Source: Deferrisomatales bacterium (GTDB lineage: Bacteria; Desulfobacterota; Deferrisomatia; Deferrisomatales; JACRMM01). From it: a stretch of 64,000 nt of DNA. A program made the position numbers and the translations under genes. Under the pieces are notes generated by a model. That model was not told the origin of the DNA. It made no database searches and saw nothing but the letters and a program-made list of their open reading frames with translations. Where the stretch lies: NCBI GenBank assembly GCA_033551855.1, contig JAWSUI010000007.1, positions 1-64,000 on the forward strand, given 5' to 3'. Every line of letters starts with the position of its first letter. Positions within the stretch are counted from its first letter, which is position 1. Of this stretch, positions 16,834-24,680 are shown piece by piece.

Positions 16834-17456
16834 AGGACACCCTCTATCCGATCCTCTTCATGGCGGTCCTGGCGTCCTTCTTCGGGGCGGTGGTGAGTTC
16901 CCTGGCCCTGATTACCCGGGACCGGGTGGTGGCCGGGGAGAGGGCCCAGTTTCGCCAGCACGTCCTGGCGGCGTTCCACATCCAGGTCCCCCTCGAACCG
17001 GAGGCGGTCGCCCGGACCTGGGAGGAGCGAATCCAGGTGCGGGAAGACGCCGAGGGAGAGTACTACCTGGCCCGGGCCGAGGACGGCTCGGTGCTCGGCT
17101 ACGGCTTCCGGTTCACGGGACCCGGCTTCTGGGGACCCATCAGCGGCCTCCTGGCCGTGAAACCCGGCGGCGAGGAGTTGCTGGGCCTGTCCTTCACCCG
17201 GCACCAGGAGACCCCCGGCCTGGGGGGGCGCATCACCGAGAAGTGGTTCCGAGACCAGTTCGAGGGCAAGCCGCTCCTGCCTCTCCCGGACGACGCCCCC
17301 GCCCTCTCCTTCGTGTTCCGGGAGCCGCGGGTCCCCCGGGAGGTGGAGGCGATTACCGGGGCCACCCAGACCATTACGCGACTGGAAGAGTTCTTGAACC
17401 GCTTCCTGGCCGACGTCGCCCGCAGACCGGTCCTGGAGGGAGGCTCGCCCCGATGA
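16830..17456 (+). CDS. NqrC/RnfG-family FMN-binding subunit
   Basis: N-terminal TM helix, GPGFWGPI, ETPGLGGRI, EAITGAT. Confidence 0.88.
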   Translation: MKDTLYPILFMAVLASFFGAVVSSLALITRDRVVAGERAQFRQHVLAAFHIQVPLEPEAVARTWEERIQVREDAEGEYYLARAEDGSVLGYGFRFTGPGFWGPISGLLAVKPGGEELLGLSFTRHQETPGLGGRITEKWFRDQFEGKPLLPLPDDAPALSFVFREPRVPREVEAITGATQTITRLEEFLNRFLADVARRPVLEGGSPR

Positions 17457-18091
17457 TGAAGCCGATCCTCTGGCTGCGCCGCAGTCTGGGATTTTCCACC
17501 GTGCGCCGCGGGGTGTGGGACGACAACCCCATCTATCGGCAGATCCTGGGCATCTGCTCCGCCTTGGCCGTGACCAACCTCCTGGTCAACACAGCCGTGA
17601 TGTCCGCCGGCCTCGTCTTCGTTACAGCCATGTCGAGCTTCACGGTGAGTTGCCTGCGCAACGTCACCCCGAAGCGGGTGCGGATGATGGGCCAGGTGCT
17701 CATCATCGCCTCCTACGTCATCATGGTAGACATCACCATCAAGGCGTACCTGCCGGACATCAGCGAGGCCCTGGGGCCCTACGTGGGCCTCATCATCACC
17801 AACTGCATCATCATGGGCCGATGCGAGGGGTTCGCCTCCAAGAACCCCCCGCTCCTGTCTTTCCTCGACGGGGTGGGGTGCGGCCTCGGGTACAGCCTGG
17901 TGCTCCTCTCGATCGCCTTCGCCCGCGAGCTTCTGGGCTTCGGCACGCTGTTCGGCGTGGCGGTCCTCCCCGACGACGCCACCCGCTGGATCATCATGGT
18001 CATGCCCCCCGGGGCCTTCTTCATGCTGGGCCTGGTGATGTGGCTGCTCCGGGCCGTCCAGGGGGCCCAGCCCCCCGCGGAAGGAGGGTAG
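17453..18091 (+). CDS. NqrD/RnfE-family subunit
   Basis: QILGICSALAVT, YVGLIITNCIIMGR, PPGAFF. Confidence 0.9.
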   Translation: MMKPILWLRRSLGFSTVRRGVWDDNPIYRQILGICSALAVTNLLVNTAVMSAGLVFVTAMSSFTVSCLRNVTPKRVRMMGQVLIIASYVIMVDITIKAYLPDISEALGPYVGLIITNCIIMGRCEGFASKNPPLLSFLDGVGCGLGYSLVLLSIAFARELLGFGTLFGVAVLPDDATRWIIMVMPPGAFFMLGLVMWLLRAVQGAQPPAEGG

Positions 18092-18092
18092 C

Positions 18093-18680
18093 GTGGAAGC
18101 CCCCGGCGCCCTCACCATCTTCATCGCCTCGATCTTCATCAACAACATCCTGCTGACCAATTTCCTGGGGATGTGCTCGTTCATCGCCGTTTCGAGGGAG
18201 ATCAAGACGGCGTTGGGGCTGGGGTCGGCCGTCATCTTCGTGATGACCTTGACCTCCGGGATCAACTATTTCGTCTATGCGCTGCTCCTGGAACCGCTGG
18301 GATTGGAATACCTGCGGTTCATCGCCTTCATCATCGTCATCGCCGCCACGGTGCAGTTGGTGGAGATGGTGGTCGAGAGGGTCAGCCCGGTGCTCTACTA
18401 CTCCCTGGGGATCTTCCTGCCCCTCATCACCGTCAACTGCGCCATCCTGGGGGTGAGCCTGTTCCTCATCATCCGGGAGTACACCTTCCTCCAGTCCCTG
18501 GCCTACGGCGCGGGGGGCGGCGCGGGCTGGGCCCTGGCCATCCTCTCCATGGCGGGGCTGCGCCAGAAGATGAAGCGCTCCCGGGTCCACCCGGCCCTGC
18601 AGGGGCCGGCCATCACCATGATCATCACGGGGATCATGGCCTTGGCGTTCATCGGGTTCTCGGGCATGGTGCCGATGTGA
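18093..18680 (+). CDS. NqrE/RnfA-family subunit
   Basis: FLGMCSFIAVS, GIFLPLITVNCAILG, MALAFIGFSG. Confidence 0.9.
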   Translation: MEAPGALTIFIASIFINNILLTNFLGMCSFIAVSREIKTALGLGSAVIFVMTLTSGINYFVYALLLEPLGLEYLRFIAFIIVIAATVQLVEMVVERVSPVLYYSLGIFLPLITVNCAILGVSLFLIIREYTFLQSLAYGAGGGAGWALAILSMAGLRQKMKRSRVHPALQGPAITMIITGIMALAFIGFSGMVPM

Positions 18681-18726
18681 GGGGGCCGGGGACGGGGCGG
18701 CGATCCGCCGGAAGCGGGGAAGGCCC

Positions 18727-19827
18727 ATGGCGGGCGTGATCTGGGCCGTGGTGGTGTTGGCGGGCCTCGGCGTTTTCCTGGCCCTGCTGCTCGTCCTGGC
18801 GGAGCGGAAGTTCACCCTCTCCGGTCCGGCCCAGCTCAAGATCAACGAAAACGAGCCCGTCGAGGTGGCGGGGGGAGAGGCACTCCTCTCGGTGCTCAAA
18901 AGCAGGGACATCTTCATCCCTTCCGCGTGCGGAGGGCGGGGGAGCTGCGGCCTCTGCAAGGTCCGGATCCTCAAAGGGGGCGGGCCGCTCCTGCCCACCG
19001 AGACCCCCCACCTCTCGGAGGAAGAGAGGGAGGGGCAGGTGCGGCTCTCCTGCCAGGTGAAGGTGCGGGAGGACCTGGAGATCCAGATCCCGGAATCGTT
19101 CCTGGAGATCGAGGAGTACCCCGTCCGGGTCGACGCGATCCGCGAATGCACCTACGACACGAAGAAAGTGCGCCTGTCGTTCCTGGGCGACGTAGAGTTC
19201 TCCTTCCGCGCCGGCCAGTACGTCCAGGTGGAAACCCCCATATACGACGGTCTCGCCGAGCCCGTGTACCGCGCCTACTCCATCTCTTCGCCCCCCTCGG
19301 AGAAGCGTTTCGTCGAGCTCATCGTGCGCAAGGTGCCCCGGGGCATCTGCACCACCTACGTCCACGAGCTCCTCCTCGTGGGGGACCAGCTGAAGATCAA
19401 CGGCCCCTATGGGGACTTCTACCTGCGGGAGACCGAGGCGGAGGCGGTCTTCATCGCCGGAGGGTCGGGCCTCGCCCCCTTCGAGGCGATCCTCGCCGAG
19501 ATGGCCGAGCGGGAGATCGAAAAGAAGGTGACCCTGTTCTTCGGGACCGTGAGTCGCCGGGACCTCTACGACCAGGAGCTGCTGCGGGAATTCGAGGGTA
19601 AGGCCCAGGGGTTTCGGGCGGTGCCTGCCCTGTCCAATCCCGCGCCCGACGACGACTGGGACGGGGAGAGGGGACTGATCACCGAGGTGGTGGCCCGCCA
19701 CTACGGCGACATGTCGAACATGGAGGGGTACCTGTGCGGAAGCCCGGGGATGATCGACGCCTGCATCAAGGTGCTCACCGACAAGGGCCTGCCCGAGGAC
19801 AAGATCTACTTCGACAAGTTCACGTGA
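18727..19827 (+). CDS. NqrF-like 2Fe-2S/FAD/NAD oxidoreductase subunit
   Basis: N-terminal TM, SACGGRGSCGLC...RLSCQ, RAYSISS, GPYG, GGSGLAP, YLCGSPGM, FDKF end. Confidence 0.9.
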   Translation: MAGVIWAVVVLAGLGVFLALLLVLAERKFTLSGPAQLKINENEPVEVAGGEALLSVLKSRDIFIPSACGGRGSCGLCKVRILKGGGPLLPTETPHLSEEEREGQVRLSCQVKVREDLEIQIPESFLEIEEYPVRVDAIRECTYDTKKVRLSFLGDVEFSFRAGQYVQVETPIYDGLAEPVYRAYSISSPPSEKRFVELIVRKVPRGICTTYVHELLLVGDQLKINGPYGDFYLRETEAEAVFIAGGSGLAPFEAILAEMAEREIEKKVTLFFGTVSRRDLYDQELLREFEGKAQGFRAVPALSNPAPDDDWDGERGLITEVVARHYGDMSNMEGYLCGSPGMIDACIKVLTDKGLPEDKIYFDKFT

Positions 19828-19860
19828 GGCCTTGCCTCATCAACCGCGGAGCCCCCGATC

Positions 19861-20328
19861 ATGAAGCAGCCGCCGCACCTGGTGCGGGCCCAGGCCCGCA
19901 TGGCGCCGGGAGTGCTCACCATGGACGGGTTCCTGGGGACCGACCCTCGGGACCTCGTCGAGATCCTCGAGGACGACGAGGGCGCCGTGCGACGGCTGGG
20001 CCTGCGGCACGACCAGCTGGCTGCGGCGCTCCAGGGCTTGACGGCGAAGGCGGTGGGGGGCTTCGGAGCCCCCGTCCGGGAAGGGGTGTTCCTCCTCTGC
20101 GCCCAGGAGGCCATGGGCGTGCTGCCCTGTCCCTTCGGTGAGCCGGGGCTCCACCCCAAGGCCGTGGTCGAAGCGACCCGGTCCGACACCGGGGAGCGTC
20201 TGAGCTGGACCGCCCTCCAGGTCCACCTCATCGGGCAACACGGCTTCTACGAGGGCCGAGGCAGCCCCTACCGACTGGAGCCCGCCACCCTCGCCCGCTT
20301 CCTGGAAGTGGAGCCCGAGCAGCCGTGA
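19861..20328 (+). CDS. Uncharacterised protein following nqrF
   Basis: 155 aa, co-oriented 33 bp after nqrF, host-like codon usage; DGFLG, LPCPFG and HLIGQHGFYEG motifs. Confidence 0.75.
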   Translation: MKQPPHLVRAQARMAPGVLTMDGFLGTDPRDLVEILEDDEGAVRRLGLRHDQLAAALQGLTAKAVGGFGAPVREGVFLLCAQEAMGVLPCPFGEPGLHPKAVVEATRSDTGERLSWTALQVHLIGQHGFYEGRGSPYRLEPATLARFLEVEPEQP

Positions 20329-20473
20329 GAGCCCGCGAACGAATCGTCGACAGCTGGCCGACAGCGCAAAGCGCGCGGGGGCAGACCACCAGACCTGTCG
20401 ACGAGATGGGCGAGGGGTGCGCGACCGGGCAACGCCGCATTCCGGCCTCGCCGCAGATGGATTCACGGGCTCT
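20328..20473. repeat. Structured intergenic element with terminal inverted repeats (MITE/REP-like)
   Basis: Ends AGAGCCCGCGAA / TTCACGGGCTCT (11 of 12 match); internal TCGTCGACAG...CTGTCGACGA and GGCGAGG...CCTCGCC stems. Confidence 0.5.
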
Positions 20474-20491
20474 GCGGGAAGGCCGCGGTCT

Positions 20492-21769
20492 TCAGCCCGC
20501 CGGGGCGGGCCGCCGCCGGCTGCGCGGGCGCCGGCGGCGGCTACGGCCCTTCGGCCCCGGGGGATTCTCCTGCCCGCCCAGGTACGCCTCCCAATAGGAG
20601 ACGACCTCGTCCAGGCCCCCTGCCAGGCGGGCCCAGGCCGTGAAGAGGGCCCACGCTTCCGGGAACTCGGCCTTCCGGACGAACCTTCCCTTCGTCCGAT
20701 AGGAGCGGCCCCGGGCGATCCGATAACAGGACAGGAGCAGGTCGGCCGCCAGGTGCCGCAGGTGGGCCGAGATCTGGTAGCGGTGGGTCAGGGACTCGGT
20801 GAGGGGAGAGATGACCTCCTGGGCAGGCTCCAGCTCGGCGCCCGGCGTCAGGGGGCAGCGGGCCGCCACTGTGGGCAGGAGCAAGGCTGCCAGGTAGCGC
20901 GACTCGTCGGGCCGCCACCCCGAGGCCACCCGGTCGTCGAGGGCGTCGATCAGGGGGAAGACCCCTTCCACCTCCTGGACTTCGGGCAGGAGGTGACCGA
21001 AGAGCTCGTGCCGATGGGCCTCGGCCAGGACGCCGGCCACGATCCCTCGCTGCTGCATCTGGCGCAGCTCCTCCCGCAGGCGCGCCGGCGAGGCTTCCCC
21101 GATGCGGGCCGCGTTTCTCCGGATCCCCGCCCGGGTTCCCTCCTCGATCCGGAAGCCCAGACGAACGGCGAACTCCAGCGCCCGGAGCATCCGGACGGGA
21201 TCCTCCCGGAAGCGCTCGTCCGGGTCCCCGATTACCCGGATGAGGCCCCGCTCCAAGTCCCGCAGCCCCCCTACGTGGTCTACGACCGAGAAATCTTCCA
21301 GATTGTAGAAGAGGGCGTTGACCGTGAAATCGCGGCGCCAGGCGTCCTCGTCGGGGGTGCCGAAGACCGTACCCTCGAGATCCAGGTCCTCGGGCGGCAG
21401 GAGCGCCCCCCCCGGCTCCCCCTCGGTGAGCTGGCGCAGGCTTCGGAAGGTGCTCACCTCCACGATCTTCTCGGGCTCGGCCTTTCGCCGAAAGTAGACG
21501 TGGGCCAGCCGGAACCGGCGGCCGATGAGGCGGCAATTCCGGAACAGCCGGCGGATCTCGCTCGGCCGGGCATTGGTGGCGACGTCGAAGTCCTTGGGCT
21601 CCCGCCCCAGGAGCAGGTCCCGCACCGCACCCCCCACCAGGTATGCCAGGTACCCCTCACGGCGCAACCGTTGCAGGATCCACAGGGCGTCCGGGTCGAT
21701 GAGCTTCCGGCTGATCGGGTGTTCCGGGCGGGGCAGGATGACCGGTGGCTCGGGTCTGTGCTCTTCCAT
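20492..21769 (-). CDS. pcnB: Poly(A) polymerase I
   Basis: VGGAVRDLL..PKDFDVAT, PAP signature LIGRRFRLAHV, RRDFTVNAL, EDPVRMLRA, Arg-rich tail. Confidence 0.9.
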   Translation of the reverse strand: MEEHRPEPPVILPRPEHPISRKLIDPDALWILQRLRREGYLAYLVGGAVRDLLLGREPKDFDVATNARPSEIRRLFRNCRLIGRRFRLAHVYFRRKAEPEKIVEVSTFRSLRQLTEGEPGGALLPPEDLDLEGTVFGTPDEDAWRRDFTVNALFYNLEDFSVVDHVGGLRDLERGLIRVIGDPDERFREDPVRMLRALEFAVRLGFRIEEGTRAGIRRNAARIGEASPARLREELRQMQQRGIVAGVLAEAHRHELFGHLLPEVQEVEGVFPLIDALDDRVASGWRPDESRYLAALLLPTVAARCPLTPGAELEPAQEVISPLTESLTHRYQISAHLRHLAADLLLSCYRIARGRSYRTKGRFVRKAEFPEAWALFTAWARLAGGLDEVVSYWEAYLGGQENPPGPKGRSRRRRPRSRRRPAPAG

Positions 21770-22270
21770 CCGTCGTCGGTCTTCCGGGGTTGGGCGTGCG
21801 GGGGTTCCAGGGCCGCCCCCTTCTAGCACCGTCGCCGCTCTCTGCAAAGGAAAAATGCGACAGGGGAAATGTGGTTCTTCCGGCAAACGACCGGGTCGGC
21901 TCGGCCACGCAGGCGGACGGCCGCTCGACGGGAGCAGCCCCTTCGAGAGCAGCGATGCCGCGAGGATTCCGGATGCGGCGCGGGAGCGCACCTACCGTAC
22001 AGTCCGGCATCGTCCGCCGGACGGGGCGGGCCCACCCGGTCGTCCCTGGACACGAGTACCCGGTCATTTCCCGGATGAACCGAACATGTGCAGGGTTAGC
22101 CCCGTGTCCCCGCCGGTGGGTGCAGGGAAGAGGATCCGAAGGGACCGGCACCTCGCGCGGCCGGTTTGGCTTGCCCCCCCGCGCGGCCTCCTCTACTCTA
22201 CAATTTCGGCCCACATCCCACCAGGCGCCGGCCGAAGGTGCCGCCCACGAGAGGACAGGAGGACGTTTCG

Positions 22271-23155
22271 GTGAAGAGAGTGTTGTTGTTCGTGGTCACC
22301 AACCTTGCGATCGTGTTCGTTCTCAGCATCGTGCTCAGCCTGCTCGGGGTGGGCCGGATCCTGGACGAGCAGGGGGTCGCCCTGGATCTGTACAACCTGG
22401 TCGTGTTCGCGGCGGTCTTCGGTTTCGGGGGCTCGCTGATCTCCCTGGCCCTGTCCAAGTGGACCGCCAAGCGCCTCACCGGCGCCCGCACGATCGAGAC
22501 CCCGCGGGGGGAGCTCGAGACCTGGCTCGTGGAAACCGTGCAGCGCCAGGCCGCGGAGGCCGGTATCGGGATGCCCGAAGTGGCCGTGTACGACTCCCCC
22601 GACGTCAACGCCTTCGCTACGGGGATGCGCCGGAACAACTCGCTGGTGGCGGTGAGTACCGGCCTGCTTCGATCCATGACACGGGACGAGGCCGAGGCGG
22701 TGCTCGGTCACGAGGTCAGCCACGTGGCCAACGGAGACATGGTCACCCTGGCCCTGATCCAAGGAGTCGTCAACACCTTCGTGATCGTGGCCTCGCGGGT
22801 GGTGGGCCACTTGGTGGACCGGGTGGTGTTCAAGACGGAGAGGGGGCACGGGCCGGCCTTCTACGTCACCGCCATCCTGGCACAGCTGGTGTTCGGCGTC
22901 CTGGCCAGCGTCATCGTGTTCTGGTTTAGTCGGCAGCGGGAGTTTCGAGCGGACGCCGGCGGCGCGCGTCTGGCCGGGCGCGAACGCATGGTGGCCGCCC
23001 TCGAGCGCTTGCGGCGCAGCGCGGCGCAGCCCCACCTGCCGGACCAGATGGCCGCCTTCGGCATATCCGGCTCCATGGGCCAGGGGCTCAAGCGGTTGTT
23101 CATGACCCACCCCCCCCTGGAGGAGCGCATCGCCGCCCTCAAGCAGACCCGCTGA
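22271..23155 (+). CDS. htpX: Membrane zinc protease HtpX
   Basis: [48 protein letters not shown]. Confidence 0.95.
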   Translation: MKRVLLFVVTNLAIVFVLSIVLSLLGVGRILDEQGVALDLYNLVVFAAVFGFGGSLISLALSKWTAKRLTGARTIETPRGELETWLVETVQRQAAEAGIGMPEVAVYDSPDVNAFATGMRRNNSLVAVSTGLLRSMTRDEAEAVLGHEVSHVANGDMVTLALIQGVVNTFVIVASRVVGHLVDRVVFKTERGHGPAFYVTAILAQLVFGVLASVIVFWFSRQREFRADAGGARLAGRERMVAALERLRRSAAQPHLPDQMAAFGISGSMGQGLKRLFMTHPPLEERIAALKQTR

Positions 23156-23247
23156 CCGCCGGATTCCGTGCTGGACGAACCAACCCGGGTCCTCTCCCTC
23201 CCCCGGGCCCGGTCGGTTTAGGGGCGCCGCGCTCGAGACCGCCGGCC

Positions 23248-24414
23248 CTAGCCTGCGGGACCGGATGCGGGCAGGAAGACGCGAAACGTGGCTCCCGCCG
23301 GGGAGGGCTCGGCGAGGACGCGTCCCCGGCACTTTTGCGTCAGGAGGCGCACCCCGTGGAGTCCCAGCCCGGAACCCTCCTGGGCGCCTGCGTTCGAACC
23401 CCTGCACCCGGGAGCGAAAACCGCCTCCTCCTCTCCCGGCGGGATTCCGATGCCGTTGTCCTGCAGCTCGATCTCCACCTCGCCCCCGTGCATCCTGGCG
23501 CGCAGGTCGATGTGGAGCTGGCGGCCCGGGTGGCGGTACTTGACAGAGTTCGTGACGAGACCCCACAGGAGGTTCCACAGGGCGGAGGGGCTCGTCCGTA
23601 GACCGACCCCCGACGCCTCGACGCTCCAGGCGAAGCCCACCTGGGAATGGGCCACCTGCAGGGCGATCAGCAGCCGGGTGCCGAAGGCCCCCAGGTCGAG
23701 GAACTCGGCCTCCGCCGGTCTCCGGCGGGGATTGTCGATCAGGAGCTCGGTGAGGGTGGTGAGGCGGGTGCCGATCTCCAGCGCGCGGCTGACGTGCTCG
23801 CGGGCGCCGGGACCGAGGGCGGAGGGCTCGAGCAGCGAGAGGCTCAGAAAGCCCGTGAGCGCAGCGAGGGACGAGCGCACATCGTGGGCCACGGACCGGG
23901 CGGCGGACTCCCACTCGTCCCGCTCCGCCCGGAGCGCATCCAGTGCCCGGCACAGGTGCTGGAGCCGCTCCCCGTGGGCCGTGACGTTCCGCGCGGTGAC
24001 CAGAAAGATCCTGTCCCGGGCGGGGTGGGGAGCAATCCGCAGGGAGACGGTCGAGGCTTCCGCCGAGTCCCCCTCGGCGGAAGCCAGGGTCACTTCCGCG
24101 GTGCGTGCCTGCCCGTCGCCCCGCACCTCCTCGAACAAGCGCAGCAAGCAGCGCCCGAGGGCCGGTGGACCGACCTCGTGGAGCCGTCTGGCAGGCCGGG
24201 GGCCCAGGAGGGTGAACGGGGGAGGCAGCGGGCTCCGATGTTCCAGGATCTCGCCCCCACGGCCGGCCGCCAGCACCGCACCGCCCAGAAGGAGGTCCCG
24301 GACGGGCTCGGCGCCCTCTCTCCCCTCTTGACGGGCCGGCCCCGTTGAGGCCCCGCTGGACGGGCTGAACCCATCCGCCCGTTCCAACACGACAGCGCGC
24401 GCACGCACCCACAT
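23248..24414 (-). CDS. Orphan cytoplasmic sensor histidine kinase (start uncertain)
   Basis: AHDVRSSL H-box, NSVKY, DNGIGIP, GSGLGL. Confidence 0.8.
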   Translation of the reverse strand: MWVRARAVVLERADGFSPSSGASTGPARQEGREGAEPVRDLLLGGAVLAAGRGGEILEHRSPLPPPFTLLGPRPARRLHEVGPPALGRCLLRLFEEVRGDGQARTAEVTLASAEGDSAEASTVSLRIAPHPARDRIFLVTARNVTAHGERLQHLCRALDALRAERDEWESAARSVAHDVRSSLAALTGFLSLSLLEPSALGPGAREHVSRALEIGTRLTTLTELLIDNPRRRPAEAEFLDLGAFGTRLLIALQVAHSQVGFAWSVEASGVGLRTSPSALWNLLWGLVTNSVKYRHPGRQLHIDLRARMHGGEVEIELQDNGIGIPPGEEEAVFAPGCRGSNAGAQEGSGLGLHGVRLLTQKCRGRVLAEPSPAGATFRVFLPASGPAG

Positions 24415-24680
24415 TCCTCCGGCAGGGGGTGTACTGCCCTCGGGGGCCGCCGGCGGCGACACGCCCTCTGTGCAGGATGGGCTTCTCATCGGCCCAGAGC
24501 CGTGCCAGGTTTACTCTCTCTGCGCCGGGGCATGAACCCAGCTCTCCGCGACACCCTGCTCTCCGCTTCCGGTTCGCGGCGTTGCGCTCCCGCTCGCTCC
24601 TCTCCGGGCCGCACGGCCGCGCAGAGCGAAGGTCGGCGACAACGCGTCATGTTCGCGGGCGGCGTTTTCCCCACGGGCCC

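Noticed and set aside
21770..22270. 500-bp divergent gap between pcnB and htpX as an RNA gene
   Set aside because: No recognisable tRNA, riboswitch or sRNA motif; only a plausible promoter (TTGCCC-N17-TACTCT at 22171-22199).
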